A stretch of 64,000 nt of DNA, taken from assembly GCF_031769215.1 (NCBI RefSeq), contig NW_026782160.1, positions 124,001 through 188,000 of the forward strand. The letters run 5' to 3'. This stretch comes from Ylistrum balloti. Taxonomy: Eukaryota. Positions within the stretch are counted from its first letter, which is position 1; each line of letters opens with the position of its first letter. Shown one piece after another: positions 1 to 12,815 of this stretch. The notes beneath the pieces were generated by a model that saw only the letters and a list, made by a program, of their open reading frames with translations, did no database searches and had not been told where the DNA came from. A program made the position numbers and the translations under genes.

Positions 1-1210
1 ATGTTACATTACTATGAAAACACTACATCGGTCAGGCTAACAGAATAGAAGTTCTTAGAACGCAACCAGTAGAAGATTAGAGTGTGACTGCATGATCATC
101 TTCATCAGACAAATGACCAGTCTGGAGCATATCAGCACTGACATACATAGTGTACGTTAAAAGGAATCGACCAACTTTTTCGGCTGCACTATAATCCTAT
201 GTAAACTAAGGTCGAAAACAGTGTGACGAGATGGTAAACATATTATCGACCAACATACACAAGATGGTATTTAGATTTTACCATAGATGAGGCTATCGTG
301 ATTATAACTTCGAACATCTGTAATGTAACTAATTAGGCATTTGCTATTTATTTTGTTACTGTTCAAGACCTAAGATTTACATCAGTCCCCGAGTCCCACC
401 TCCCCACCCTTATTACCTTTAGCAGTTCCAGATGGTCTTCTTCAGGGGGTAGCTTTCACGGAGGGGGTCATGTGCCAGCACAGATGGTGTCCTACCACAA
501 GCACACATATAAGTCATCAGGCTATCAGCGAAAGGTACACATATTATGTCGCGAGCAGCGCTTATCACAATACTTTGAGATAGTACATGTATATCTTAGT
601 CCCTCTCTATCAACATTAGACGCCATCTAGTGTTTTGTTTAAAAGAACCCTGTAGGTCGCCAGTAACATATCTGTATACAGTTATGACCAAGGACAGTCA
701 TTTTAAGGTTGATGTGACCTTAGGATCATTTTTCATTATCCCTTTGTCGTTAATTTGAAGCCATAAAGATGTTCTTATCTATGGATTAAACACCAATAAC
801 TGGTTCTTAATCAGCGATCTTAAACTTTGAATCCCGAAACTGGAAATGTGTTCTTGTCACTAATGTAACTTTGAAAAGTAGAAAGTAAGCCCATGTAACT
901 TTTTTAAAAACAAAACTTAATATGCACTTCATTCTAAAAGAAGTCAGTTGTCTCCGATATCAGGATTCTGGCAAAACAAAAGTCATGAAATGCGGAAATC
1001 TTTCAAAAAATGAGTACGTCAGGTTATTTTTAGTGCCACTTTCGGAAAGTGAAACAATAAATTTTAGTGAAAAGTGGAAACTACCGAAGTACATTTGAAG
1101 TATATGCTTACGTATATAAGTACATGTATATGCTTCTATTAACAATTTGTCCAAATGTGAAATGGTCCTATGGTAACAAATAAAGAAGGAAAACATATAT
1201 AAAATTGGAA

Positions 1211-1553
1211 ATATATCCATCAAGAACCATGAATTATCACTTTGTGAGACTTCATTCTATTCTTATCTGATCCATTTAATGCATCGTGAATCGAAGTATA
1301 AATAGTATATTTACTTTTTGAATGCTTACATTAAAATTGTCAAGTTATCCTTAGTAACCAAATTTAAAGTCAATCATAATGACAAGTCATGAAAATCAAG
1401 TAGACTTCCGATATATTTGTACCAATCAAGATATTTCAATAAACATACCCCAAGAATTTGTATCCGCAGAAGGCAAGAATATCAAGGTATTTAAGATCTG
1501 TGTTGATGATCATCATATATCAATCAAGAACCATGAATTATCACTTTTGTAAG
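1211..1553 (+). repeat. Local segmental copy: 268 bp (1248-1515) duplicated from YIF1 intron 8/exon 8 (5042-5309), flanked by a ~37-bp direct repeat (1211-1249 / 1515-1553)
   Basis: 1248-1515 aligns co-linearly with 5042-5309 in the same orientation, with about 4 substitutions seen by eye. The flank atatatc[c/a]atcaagaaccatgaattatcacttt(t)gt is present on both sides. Confidence 0.9.
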
Positions 1554-3193
1554 AATCCCATACAACATGGACATGATGTAAAAGGGAAAATTGAAAACAA
1601 ACTTAATGAATAAGTGGAAAAAGGAAGAGGACACCAGAACATTCATTCAGATCGATCATTCATCTACAAAAACCAGCCGTTCGAATAATTTGCCTTTTAA
1701 CTTTTTGATTGGATACCAAGAGACAAAATTATATCGGGAATATAATTTTCATGATGTGTCGACCAATACGTTTTATATGAACAACAGAGGCAAGATTACT
1801 GACAATAGAGGCCATTTTGTGTTAATACTTTGAAAATGCAATCAAACAATATTGTATCATTAGTTCTAAACTATCTCATTATATCCTGCCTCTTTCAAAC
1901 GGTTCCCATTCCTTGAATATTCCTGTGTATTACACACATTACGTATGGATAGCTAGAAGTACAGAGGACAAAAACAAAACCAAATCAATCAACAAAATTG
2001 ACATCACATTTTTTATTTATTTTGCTGCATGCATTTAATATAAACTATACCAAGGCAAATTAATTCGTAATTCAGAGTAATCTCCCTTCGTATTAACCTC
2101 AGTAAACAAAAATGAATTCACAATTTGAGACATGCTTTTTCACGTTTTGCAAAAATGTCAAGCTTCCATTCACTTAAATGGTTAATTATTTCATACAGTG
2201 CAAGCGCCTCCATGGCACTAACTAAGTGATGGTGTAGAACGACCAGCCATCAAATGGCCCCACATATAAGCATTTCACAAGCAACATCTAGGCTGATACA
2301 TGTACATTGTATATACATTATTTTCAAATTCTCAACAAGAGAAAAATAGAAAAAAGATAAATGTATATCACAGTCAGGAGAGTTTTCACAATTTATGTTT
2401 GATGGTTTGGAAAAGTCCTACCTTTGAAGTTGAAAAATTATCACTTGTAATTTGACAATATGTACTGATGAAAACAACATATGGAAGACTTAATCAGTCA
2501 TGGCTTAAAACAAAATTAGCACAGAAATCTAACCAGTGCAGGATAAGGTGTATCTAAACTAGATATGGCAATTTCCCAAGCAATACAATTTCAACTAGAC
2601 ACATACAATGTATATCTTTGTGTCATTAAAGATATTGAACATTGAATTCTTAGTTGAAAAAGTTTTTTGGATGATTTTCTTTAATGACCTAGAAGCTTCC
2701 TAATATAAAATCACATCTAAGTAGTATTTGCATTACACAGTTCTAATACTGATTTTATCACAGTCACTACTGTGTCATAACTAAATGTATTTTCTAACCC
2801 TGTACTTGTAGGTTAAAAGGACAGGTAATGAAATAAGGTAAGCTATTTGCTGGTAGACAGTTGCTTGTGATGCAGTAGATTCATGATGAACACTGTAACT
2901 ATCATAATTCATACCTTGCCAAGTAAAAATCTACTGTTTTGTACCATACCCAGCAAATAGACTTTGATACAAATAGTCTCCATATATTAAAAACATTTAC
3001 TGTTAAAGCTGATAACATAAATTACATCATTATACCCACAAATAGTGATTAATCTATATCATTATACTGACCATATTTCAATGAATATAATGTCTGGGAC
3101 AACTTTATAATCTGACACCTTACCATTCCGTAACACTTCTATCTGTGAGCAAAGTATTGTCCCACAGACAGATCCTACAGACTGTAACAGTAA

Positions 3194-3727
3194 AGACACA
3201 CATTTCTGACAGGAACTTCCTTTCAGATCCTTCACAAGTATTGGTCATTCTCTCTAGAGTACAGACACACATTTCTGACAGGAACATCCTTTCAGATCCT
3301 TCACAAGTATTGGTCATTCTCTCTAGAGAACAGACACACATTTCTGACAGGAACATCCTTTCAGATCCTTCACAAGTATTGGTCAATCTCTCTAGAGAAC
3401 AGACACACATTTCTGACAGGAACATCCTTTCAGATCCTTCACAAGTATACACAGAACAGACACACATTGTGACAGGAACATCCTTTCAGATCCTTCACAA
3501 GTATTGGTCAATCAAAAGAACAGACACACATTTCTGACAGGAAAAGATCCTTCACAAGTATTGGTCATCTTTAGAGAACAGACACACATTTCACACACAC
3601 ATCCTTTCAGATCCTACACAAGTATTTATATATGTACAGACACACATTTCTGACAGGAACATCCTTTCAGATCCTACACAAGTATTGGTCATTCTCTCTA
3701 GAGTACAGACACACACTTCAGACAGGG
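3194..3727. repeat. Minisatellite, 69-bp unit, about 7-8 copies (some with deletions), downstream of YIF1
   Basis: Unit acagacacacatttctgacaggaacatcctttcagatccttcacaagtattggtcattctctctagag[t/a]; gives 23-aa periodicity in ORFs 3120-3467 and 3145-3537. Confidence 0.95.
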
Positions 3728-4341
3728 GCACCCATTATAGACCATATACACAGAAGATACACGACATGTGTTCCGAAAGTAATTGAAAAATATCAAACAA
3801 AAAAAAAAAGAAAAAAAGAAAAAAAAAGCACTTTTTCATTTCACACACACACCTACAGTAGCCCAAACTATTATATATGTGAAGTACAATTAAACATGCA
3901 GTATTTGAGTAAATGAGTATGTATATGACTTCTCTATATCAAAATTTCTGTCTGTACAATGTTTCTGTTACTCAAAATTCCAACTTTACTGATTACTGCA
4001 GTCTTACAACCAAATGAAAAAAAAAAAAAAAAAAAAAAAAATCAATCATTGAAGTTTTTCCTTCACCAGGATTAAAGCATGACTAAACTTTGTTTAACAG
4101 CTCAAAATACTTGCATTCTTAAATATTTGATAATGTAAGCATCTGTTCAACATTAACAGGAAAAAATAATTTGTCCCACATCATAAAATAGCACCAGCTG
4201 AAGAGTAAATCTCCAACTGTCTTTCTGCAAAGTTACTGTTTCATGACAATGTACTATAATTAACTTGCACACATCAAGATGGATGATTTTTTATTCTAAC
4301 TGTCAAGTGCATCAATCACACAGCATGTCTAGGGGTGGTCA

Positions 4342-7300
4342 TCACTTCCTTACAAACATGATATGACTGGTCAACCACCACATCATGAATGGCTGTACCA
4401 GAGATATACAAAGAATCAGGTAAAGACTCCGCTTACTTCCCTTTGAGAATCCATCTCCTTCTGAATGAGGTAATATTTTAACTCGTAATGATTTTATCTG
4501 AAAAAAAAAGTAACAACTTTCATGGAGAAGCCATGTGAGAACACTAGAAAACAAGGAACAACAACTCATCTATGTTGTAGAAACAAACAAAGATTTTTAA
4601 TAGTCAACATTAGTATTAAATATAATTTATAAAATATTTACCAAAAGGGTGTTAAGATAAATGTTCATATGTTAAAAAAAAAATCTTTCCTATCCATCCA
4701 TATAACAAAACATTGAAGAAATATTTGTGGGTATTGATTGGAAAAGCCATTTTTGTTGTTAAATAACAATGGTAGCATAAAATATGAAGACCATAACTTA
4801 CCAAGAAAAAGGCTATACATAAACTAAACCATAAAAGTACAGCGTAGTATCCTGTAGACTGAAACAACAACCCAGCTAACAGACTCACGATCATTCTGAA
4901 AACATCAACAAAATCAATGAAAAAATATTGTGCTTTAAACAGCACTGAGAATCTTAGGATTTTTCATTCTCCTTCACTACTGTTCAACCTTATGAATTTC
5001 ATCATAAACACAAAAAGTTATTGCCATTTGTCATCCAGTGCGACTTCATTCTATTCTTATCTGATCCATTTAATGCATCGTGAATCTAAGTATAAATAGT
5101 ATATTTACTTTTTGAATGCTTACATTAAAATTGTCAAGTAATCCTTAGTAACCAAATTTAAAGTCAATCATAATGACAAGTCATGAAAATCAAGTAGACT
5201 TCCGATATATTTGTACCAATCAAGATATTTCAATAAACATACCCCAAGAATTTGTATCCGCAGAAGGCAAGAATATCAAGGTATTTAAGATCAGTGTTGA
5301 TGTTCATCACGTAGAAGGTGAAGAGCAGCACAACTAGTTCGATGATAAGCCAGACTAAGGCTGTACTTGCTTGTGTGCCCAATTGTTCTGGTGTAAACCT
5401 GTCACAACATATCAGAAACAAGAGTCAAAGTACTGAATATCAGCAGTACAAGTCTGAAATTCAACACTTTCATATTGATAAACATAAACATCAAGTAAAC
5501 CAAAACAAGAAAAGAAAGACTGAGGTACTACCCTGATCTTTATTTAAATGAAAATATCTAAAATTCTAATGCATTGTTAGTAGTAAATCATTTTCTTCTC
5601 CATAAAACCACCTTTAAAATAGGCATTCATCTGGCCCACTCACAACAAAATGAAGTTCAAAACATGTCCCAAGCTATTTCCTAGAAGAGCATAAAAAGTG
5701 AACAACATTACAAATCTATTTTGTGGGTTTTTGTTGAAGCATCTGGTTTTTATTTGAAGTAAATGTAGGCATACCTGTTTTGTGTTCCCAACACAACACC
5801 TGCAACTAGTACATATGTAACAAAGGCCATCACTGTAAGAGAAGAGTGTATAATAGATTTGTGTGTACCAACGAGTGTTAACTACCCTGTATCTCTTAAA
5901 AAGTGGGTTCATACTTCAACTATCATTGATAGATTTAACAAACTGAGACATGAGAATAAGGTTTCAGAAACTGTGTTTAAATCTCAATTTCCACATCAGA
6001 GATCTTAAACCAGTGGATGATGATAATCCAGGTATGTAACCAGTATTGCTGCCTATTGTCATTTCAGGCCGAAATGTTGACCAATAACTTACCTGGGATG
6101 TATAAGTCAGGAGCATTCACCTCATACCGGGGTGCTACAGGCTCATCCTGATTAAACTTAATTGACCAATCCTGTGAACAATGGTGAAAGCTTATTAAAG
6201 TAACAAACCATCACAAAGTATTTGTACATATTTGTATTTAGATTGGAAAGGATTCTGTTAGAATAGGTCACATTAATCATATAGCTACAAAACTGAAATC
6301 ACATTTTTTTGATAAATGTGTATATGAAACAAGAAGTCAGAGTTCTGATTTTCTGGGTAGGGGAGGGAAAATTTGTTTCATAACCATGTGTTGTGATATA
6401 AATGACGCAAACTTAGTTTTTCACATAATACAAATTGGACAACTATTAGTTCCAGACCAATTGATGTTCGATCATGATTAACAATTTCTGAATATTTATA
6501 GTTTGAAAGCATCAACAAAAAGAACACAAGTCATAATTATCCTATTCAATAGTTTACTAATTACAAGTTGTTAAATTCTCTGCTGGTACATTATCATGTT
6601 GAAGATGAAGAATGCTTTTGTAATTGTTGCTCAATCAAACTCCTATACTATGCTAATAAGTACTGCCTAGACTGAATTATTTCAAATAAAAGTTAATAAT
6701 ACTAAATCAAAACAGTAACAAAACTTTCTATAAAGCTGCTTTAAAGTGACATCATGATAAAACAGTTTTTACACTGATTGATTGATTATTGCATACATAT
6801 ATCAACTGTATCACCTCATGAACAATGACAGTTTTTTTTTTTTATAAAATATGCACATAAAGAGGTTAATTAAAATCGTAAAAAAGGAAATCCTGAATTA
6901 GTGATCAACAATCTGGATATGTAGATTTTTGTGTCTGTGAATCAACAATCTGGATATGTAGATTTTTGTGTCTGTGAATCAACAATCTGGATATGTAGAT
7001 TTTTGTGTCTGTGAATCAACAATCTGGATATGTAGATTTTTGTGTCCGTGAATCAACAATCTGGATATGTAAATTTTTGTGTCAATTAATCAACAATCTG
7101 GATATGTAAACTTTCGTGTCTGTGAATCAACAATCTGGATATGTAAATTTTTGTGTCATTTATGATAATACATGCACACAATACACCATCAGCTGTAAAC
7201 AAAAGTGGCTTTCCATCTGAATTGGCTAGCAATTAATATTACTGATTTCCTAATTCTGAATTGACTAATAGTTATCAAATAACATTTGCAATACTCATAA

Positions 7301-10300
7301 AAAAATCTGGAGCTGAAAACAGGATTTTACTGACTGTTACTACTGTCACTGTCATTTCTGCCCACCATTGTGTGTTGGTGTTTACAAAACGAACTGTCTC
7401 ATTTTCAAAACTACTGCATGACATTATCAGCGCTAAATTTAAGAAGAGTTTCCCGAACCAAAAAAGATGTCAAGCTTGACATTGGAAATTGACTATGAAT
7501 ATCAGGATATCAGAGAAACATAACTGGGAGTGTATAAACATGTACAATAAATAACGAAATTAATGTTTATACTGTAAAGGCCCCTTTAATAGGATCTTTC
7601 CAACTGTAAAGAGTGTTTCATTCTAGTGCCTCTTGGTCAAAAGTAGATTGTTACAAGTTCAGTCAGTTTGACCCCTTCTGACTCTATGCACAGGACTGGG
7701 GTGAGGGACCCAAAAAATGCAAAATTGAAGTGTGACTGTTTTAGCAATTGAAAATTCCAGTAATAATTTCTTGCTTTTTGACATTTGTTTAGTGAATTTT
7801 TTGAAGAGGATGTCCATTGGTTATGTATGCAAGACAGATGACTGCGAGAGTATCACAATATGTCATATTAGACTTTGTTTGGGATCTTCTAAAAACAAGA
7901 TTGTATTTCTATGTCATCAGTTCATTTATTGCATTAGTAAGGTGTAAATATTGCATAGCTATTTCACTTACTGAGTGAGAGAATGGAAAACACAGAAGTC
8001 CTAGCTTCTTCCCAACATATGCAGTATCTACAGCAAAGTAATACTTCAGCTTAGATGTGGACACATATTTCTCAAGCTGAAAAAATAACAATAAAACAGG
8101 ATAAAAATTGTTAACATAATATCAAAGATTTCTTATTAAAATCACTTTCATTTGCTATCTGCATAAAATGAAAGATTTCATAGTACATGTACAAAGAATG
8201 GAAAATGCTGAGTAACCTACATTTTTGTTGACATAATCTTTGCCTTGGTCAGCTAGTGAACTGCCATATTGCATAGCCATATTGGTCATCATAGGATCAT
8301 TTATAAACTGCTGTCCAGGAAACTGCATTGGAGGATTACTGTAGCCACCCTGGTCATACCCTTGTCCCATATCTACAGAGCAAAGGACAAATCACAATGA
8401 GCATTGTTAATGTGAATATGATAACCTTACATGTAAATCTTCAATTTACAATGAAAAATAGGCCACTTCAAATTTACTTTATAAAGTATGTCAATAATCC
8501 AATAATATACTTTGTACCTCGATTACAATGGCTAGTGAAAGAATGCTAGAAAACACTTTTGGCTGACTAATGCAACATAGTTTTAGGTCACAAGTTCACA
8601 AGTAAATATTCACCAAAGTATTTTTTGTTGTTCAAAATTAAGTGGATACATTATAGCTTGTAAATGTATAAATCTACAAATAATAAAACATGTGTTAATA
8701 TAATACTATAATATACATGTCCTTTTTTTACTAAATATAAGATACTGATAACTATCATGTATTCATATATCCATTTACCAACATATCATGATCAGTTTGG
8801 TTAGATATAATTTAAAGCATTAATATCCACTAGTAAAGCAGATACAGAGCTGGTAATCAGAGACACATCATTGCAGTCAGAAAGTCAACATATCATAACC
8901 ATAAAAGAAAAAAAAAACAAATTGCATATATCTTATAACTGTTCAAATAATTGAAATTCTGAATTGATCATTCACAATGGCAAAAAATTAATGCATAAAA
9001 CATATAGGTCATTAACCAATAAAGAAATACACCAAAACAGTATTTTCTATAAGACTATCAATGACATATTGTGTATATGTTTCTATAGGCCACACTGGTG
9101 GTTGAAAAAATCTATGATATCCCTTGACACACAATCTCATGTGTCCTCAAACAAGATTGAACATGAGTATACACTTGCTTTAACGTAGCAGAATACACAT
9201 GCATGAGATACATCTTTGATACAATTTCTACACCATCACCATGTACATGTACCATATATTTTTATTGTTTCATTTCTTACTTTCAACAGAGCAGTGTTAG
9301 TGATATATTATGAGTTAATAGGTTTAATATTCCTTTGCGAGTCAAGTTATAGTAGCATTTAGTTCTAGAGCTGTGAATTCAGATACCTGGGGGTGGTGCT
9401 GCATAACTATTGTTAACACTGTAACCATAGTTACCATATCCTGTAACACACATCAAATTATCTCATTGCAAATTCTGCATTCATTTATTTTCATTTTACC
9501 TATCATCTCGTATATTTGCATATAGATACATACCAGGCCATCTTTTCAATAACAAAGGATCTAATTTACCATTGGATGACAGTATTTTGACAAATATTCT
9601 ATTGACATATTCAAATATTGGAAAAGAGTTACCTGCACCTGGTGGTGCACCATATCCCTGCTGGGGTGAGGGCTGTTGCATACTGGTGTCTTCAAACAGC
9701 TGCGGCTTGCCTTTCTGACCTTTAGGACGCCGCTTCTGGCTACTTGCTGAAAATTACACATCATATTTATTTAGTACATATCGTGTATATGAGAAGTTTT
9801 AACACCATTGATTTAGTTATTCTCCTGTCCATTATTTACTCTCATGATGTCCTTTAAAAATCAAAACAGAAAAATTAAAAACAGATCACATTGTTTATAA
9901 AGTACCATCTAAAAGAAATAACTGAAAGCATGCTAAATAATTTACATACAGGACGGTTTAAAACAACAAGCAATGGAATTGGAAAAGAGATTTCAGAAAT
10001 AAAACTCCAACAGGCCTTGAAATAAGAAATGTAATTTTTAAAAGCTTTCATCCAGTAGGTAAAATTTGATAGCATTGCATTTCAGTATATATCACATCAC
10101 AAAGTTATCACATGATAAATATGTACCTGTTGAACGATTTCCTTTCTTTTGAATATGTTAAAATGTATGGTCATATATATTTATATTTTACATACTTTAC
10201 CAATAACATTTACATATATGATACCTTATAACATGAACAACAAAATGTTGAAATCAAAGAATAAAAAATTGCTTCTCAACTGTATTTCTATCTATTTACT

Positions 10301-11492
10301 ATATTCACACAGCACACACACGATTCCTTCAAATTAAAATCACATACTGTTGCGGTATCACTGATGAAGAAGTTAACACTTACATTGTACAAAAGATACA
10401 GCTAACAATACACAATAGTAGGTCTTCATCAACCTAGTAACTTTGGATGCATGCAAACCAATGAGGTGCTTCTGAATTTCTATGGTTACATTTCACAACA
10501 TAAGCAAATAAGGTAGGAGACACGAAAAGGAAAAAAATGCATAGGAACTGTATTTGAAACTTCCTGGAACATACTGCAGGAAGCAGAAAAATACACATAT
10601 ACCAGTACATGAAGTACATCCGTCACATGCCATGCTGCATTATCTTTTTATCACGATCATCAGAAAACAAAGTGGTAATTCTATGAATTCTTCTAACGAT
10701 TTGACTATATCATTTAGAGACAAAGGAAAAATATGTGTTTTCAACATTAGTAAATGTTTCTTGAATGTACTGAACTGAGGAAATATTGTTTAAGTTTACC
10801 ATAAACTTGTAACTATTTTAACCTTAATTAATAAGGATTGTCTCCCTTCGCCAATACAAACACAAATGGCTCATTGAAGGAAACAGCTAGTGCTTTTCAA
10901 GAGTAACATTGTTTGATAACTTAGGATTGTTTGGATGTATGATCATGTGGAAGTGTTGATCAAGTATACCTGGTACTATTTATCCACTATATATCAGTAT
11001 TGGTTATGTATTATAGCTGGAAAACTTAAAGGATGACCAAATTAAACCAGCTGTATGTATAAACAGTGGACATTCAAACTCATGGACAAAAACATACTAG
11101 CTACATTATATAAATATCATTTGTAGGAATCTAGTCCTGTCTCATCACATTAGACTACAATATTTGGGAATTCTGTATGTTACAGGAATACAGCGAAACG
11201 CCGAAAGTGACCTGCTGACAATTACAGTACAGTAGACAGAAGCTCACTAGAAGAAGTGTGTAGCTAGGGCTAGACAAAGACTTCATGTTCTCGTGTATGT
11301 GGTAGACCCTAGAGATCACAAACAACGAAAGAAAGAAATAAAAAATAACAACAACCATTTATAGAGAGACACAGTGTTGTCTAATGGTTTATACAACTTA
11401 AAGAAGCACTGCAAAAAGTCACAACATCCAAAGTTACGTAAATTGAACCTACTCTTTGACTTACGCTGTCTGAAACCTGAAGGTGCATCCAT
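4342..11492 (-). CDS. YIF1: YIF1 (Yip1-interacting factor, YIF1A/B-like) ER-Golgi membrane trafficking protein; 10 coding exons, 331 aa
   Basis: Exons 11465-11492, 9633-9746, 9387-9440, 8221-8372, 7972-8076, 6093-6171, 5775-5832, 5243-5398, 4802-4895, 4342-4497. All are GT-AG with matching phases and total 996 nt ending TGA. Family motifs: [102 protein letters not shown]. Exons 1 and 3 are short and less certain. Confidence 0.95.
6904..7160. repeat. Minisatellite, 37-bp unit, about 7 copies, in YIF1 intron 5
   Basis: Unit atcaacaatctggatatgtagatttttgtgtctgtga starting at 6904, 6941, 6978, 7015, 7052, 7089 and 7126. Confidence 0.95.
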
Positions 11493-12589
11493 AATGTACA
11501 AGTAGAAATATCGAAAGTAGCCCTATGCCTACGTCAAGTGACAACTCACTTCATGAGCTGGCAGGACACACAGACAGACAGTATCCTCGTTCTGATGAAA
11601 ACAAGGGAGATAACTGCTTACTACCTCGACCGTCTTAATGTCTGTGAAAGGTTATCTTGGTCAACAGCAACTTATTTAAAATGATCGGTCACATTAGATT
11701 TTCATTACTATCTCCATTTTTTTGGTATCAGAAAATTAATTAAGCTAGAATATATGTTATTAGAAGGTTTCCGAAATATATATTATTCTTATTTTAGTCT
11801 TTGTGCCCCCCGCCAATATCATTATTATAACATACAAGATATTCTTTTAAGCACATTTTTTTCTGATATAAGTTCAATATTACGATCTCTTCGGCTGACC
11901 CAGTGCTACATTTTTCCGCCTTACAACTTTTGCCTGCAGTAAATGAAATGTTTAATTTTAATCAAATTATCTGACCCGACCAAGTCTTAAGTCTGGACTT
12001 GGTAAATAATAATAGGGAGCTCGAGATGACTGACCCGTTTAGATTAGTTATTCAACCCGTATCCAGTACCTTTGATCCTACATAATGCCCTACTATCATA
12101 ATTTACCAGGTGATGTTTGTCTAAAAGTTAAAACGAAAAGTATTGTGGGGAATTCAATTCTCCTTTTAATTAACATATGAGCCGTTGTTATGCTTTAGAA
12201 AACTGCTGTCGTTTAGTTTAACCTGAGGCTGTGGAATCGTGCCTGTGTAGTTAATCCCTAGATCTTTGTAAACAAGTGATTGTAAATATGTTGGCAGAAG
12301 GCTTTGATATGTTGGAATAATTTGTGAGTAACCCATTGTTCAGATTAATTTTGATATATGTAAAATACTCTTAGGTTATAATTTAGTTTGACATGCAGTT
12401 ATATAGAAAACTGTAATAAATAAGTTAAATAAGATCTCAACTTATTATGCATAAAAAAACAGAAGCGTATCTGTGGGCAAAATAGAAATAACACCGTGGA
12501 TTTAAAATCAAATCGTAGACAACGAAATCAATCCCTTCACTATAGCAATCAAACAAATATTTAAAAAAAATTAATATATAATATATATA

Positions 12590-12815
12590 AACTTTATTTA
12601 TTTTACAACAATTGCGAAACAAGTTATGTCAACTGATACTAATCACTCTTGTTGGCACGGATGTATGCGCGCGAGTGGTATTGTTGTGGGAGGAAACCGG
12701 AGTACCGGGGAAAAACCCACGTGGTCGGGTAGGTGACCCCTTACCTTTTCACGTCCGTTCCGGGAATCGGCTAGGTGAAAGGCGAGTTCGTTACCAATGC
12801 GCCACCCGACCACCC
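12590..12815 (-). mobile_element. tRNA-derived SINE, V-SINE-like core, with the B-box region partly deleted
   Basis: The minus strand starts GGGTGGTCGGGTGGCGCATTGGTAAC (A-box-like) and has a truncated GATTCCCGG B-box remnant. It contains GTGGGTTTTTCCCCGGTACTCCGGTTTCCTCCCAC, matching the V-SINE central domain as I recall it, and ends in an aataaataaa tail. Confidence 0.7.

Noticed and set aside
12790-12815. tRNA gene
   Set aside because: The A-box-like head belongs to a SINE; the B-box is incomplete and there is no cloverleaf.
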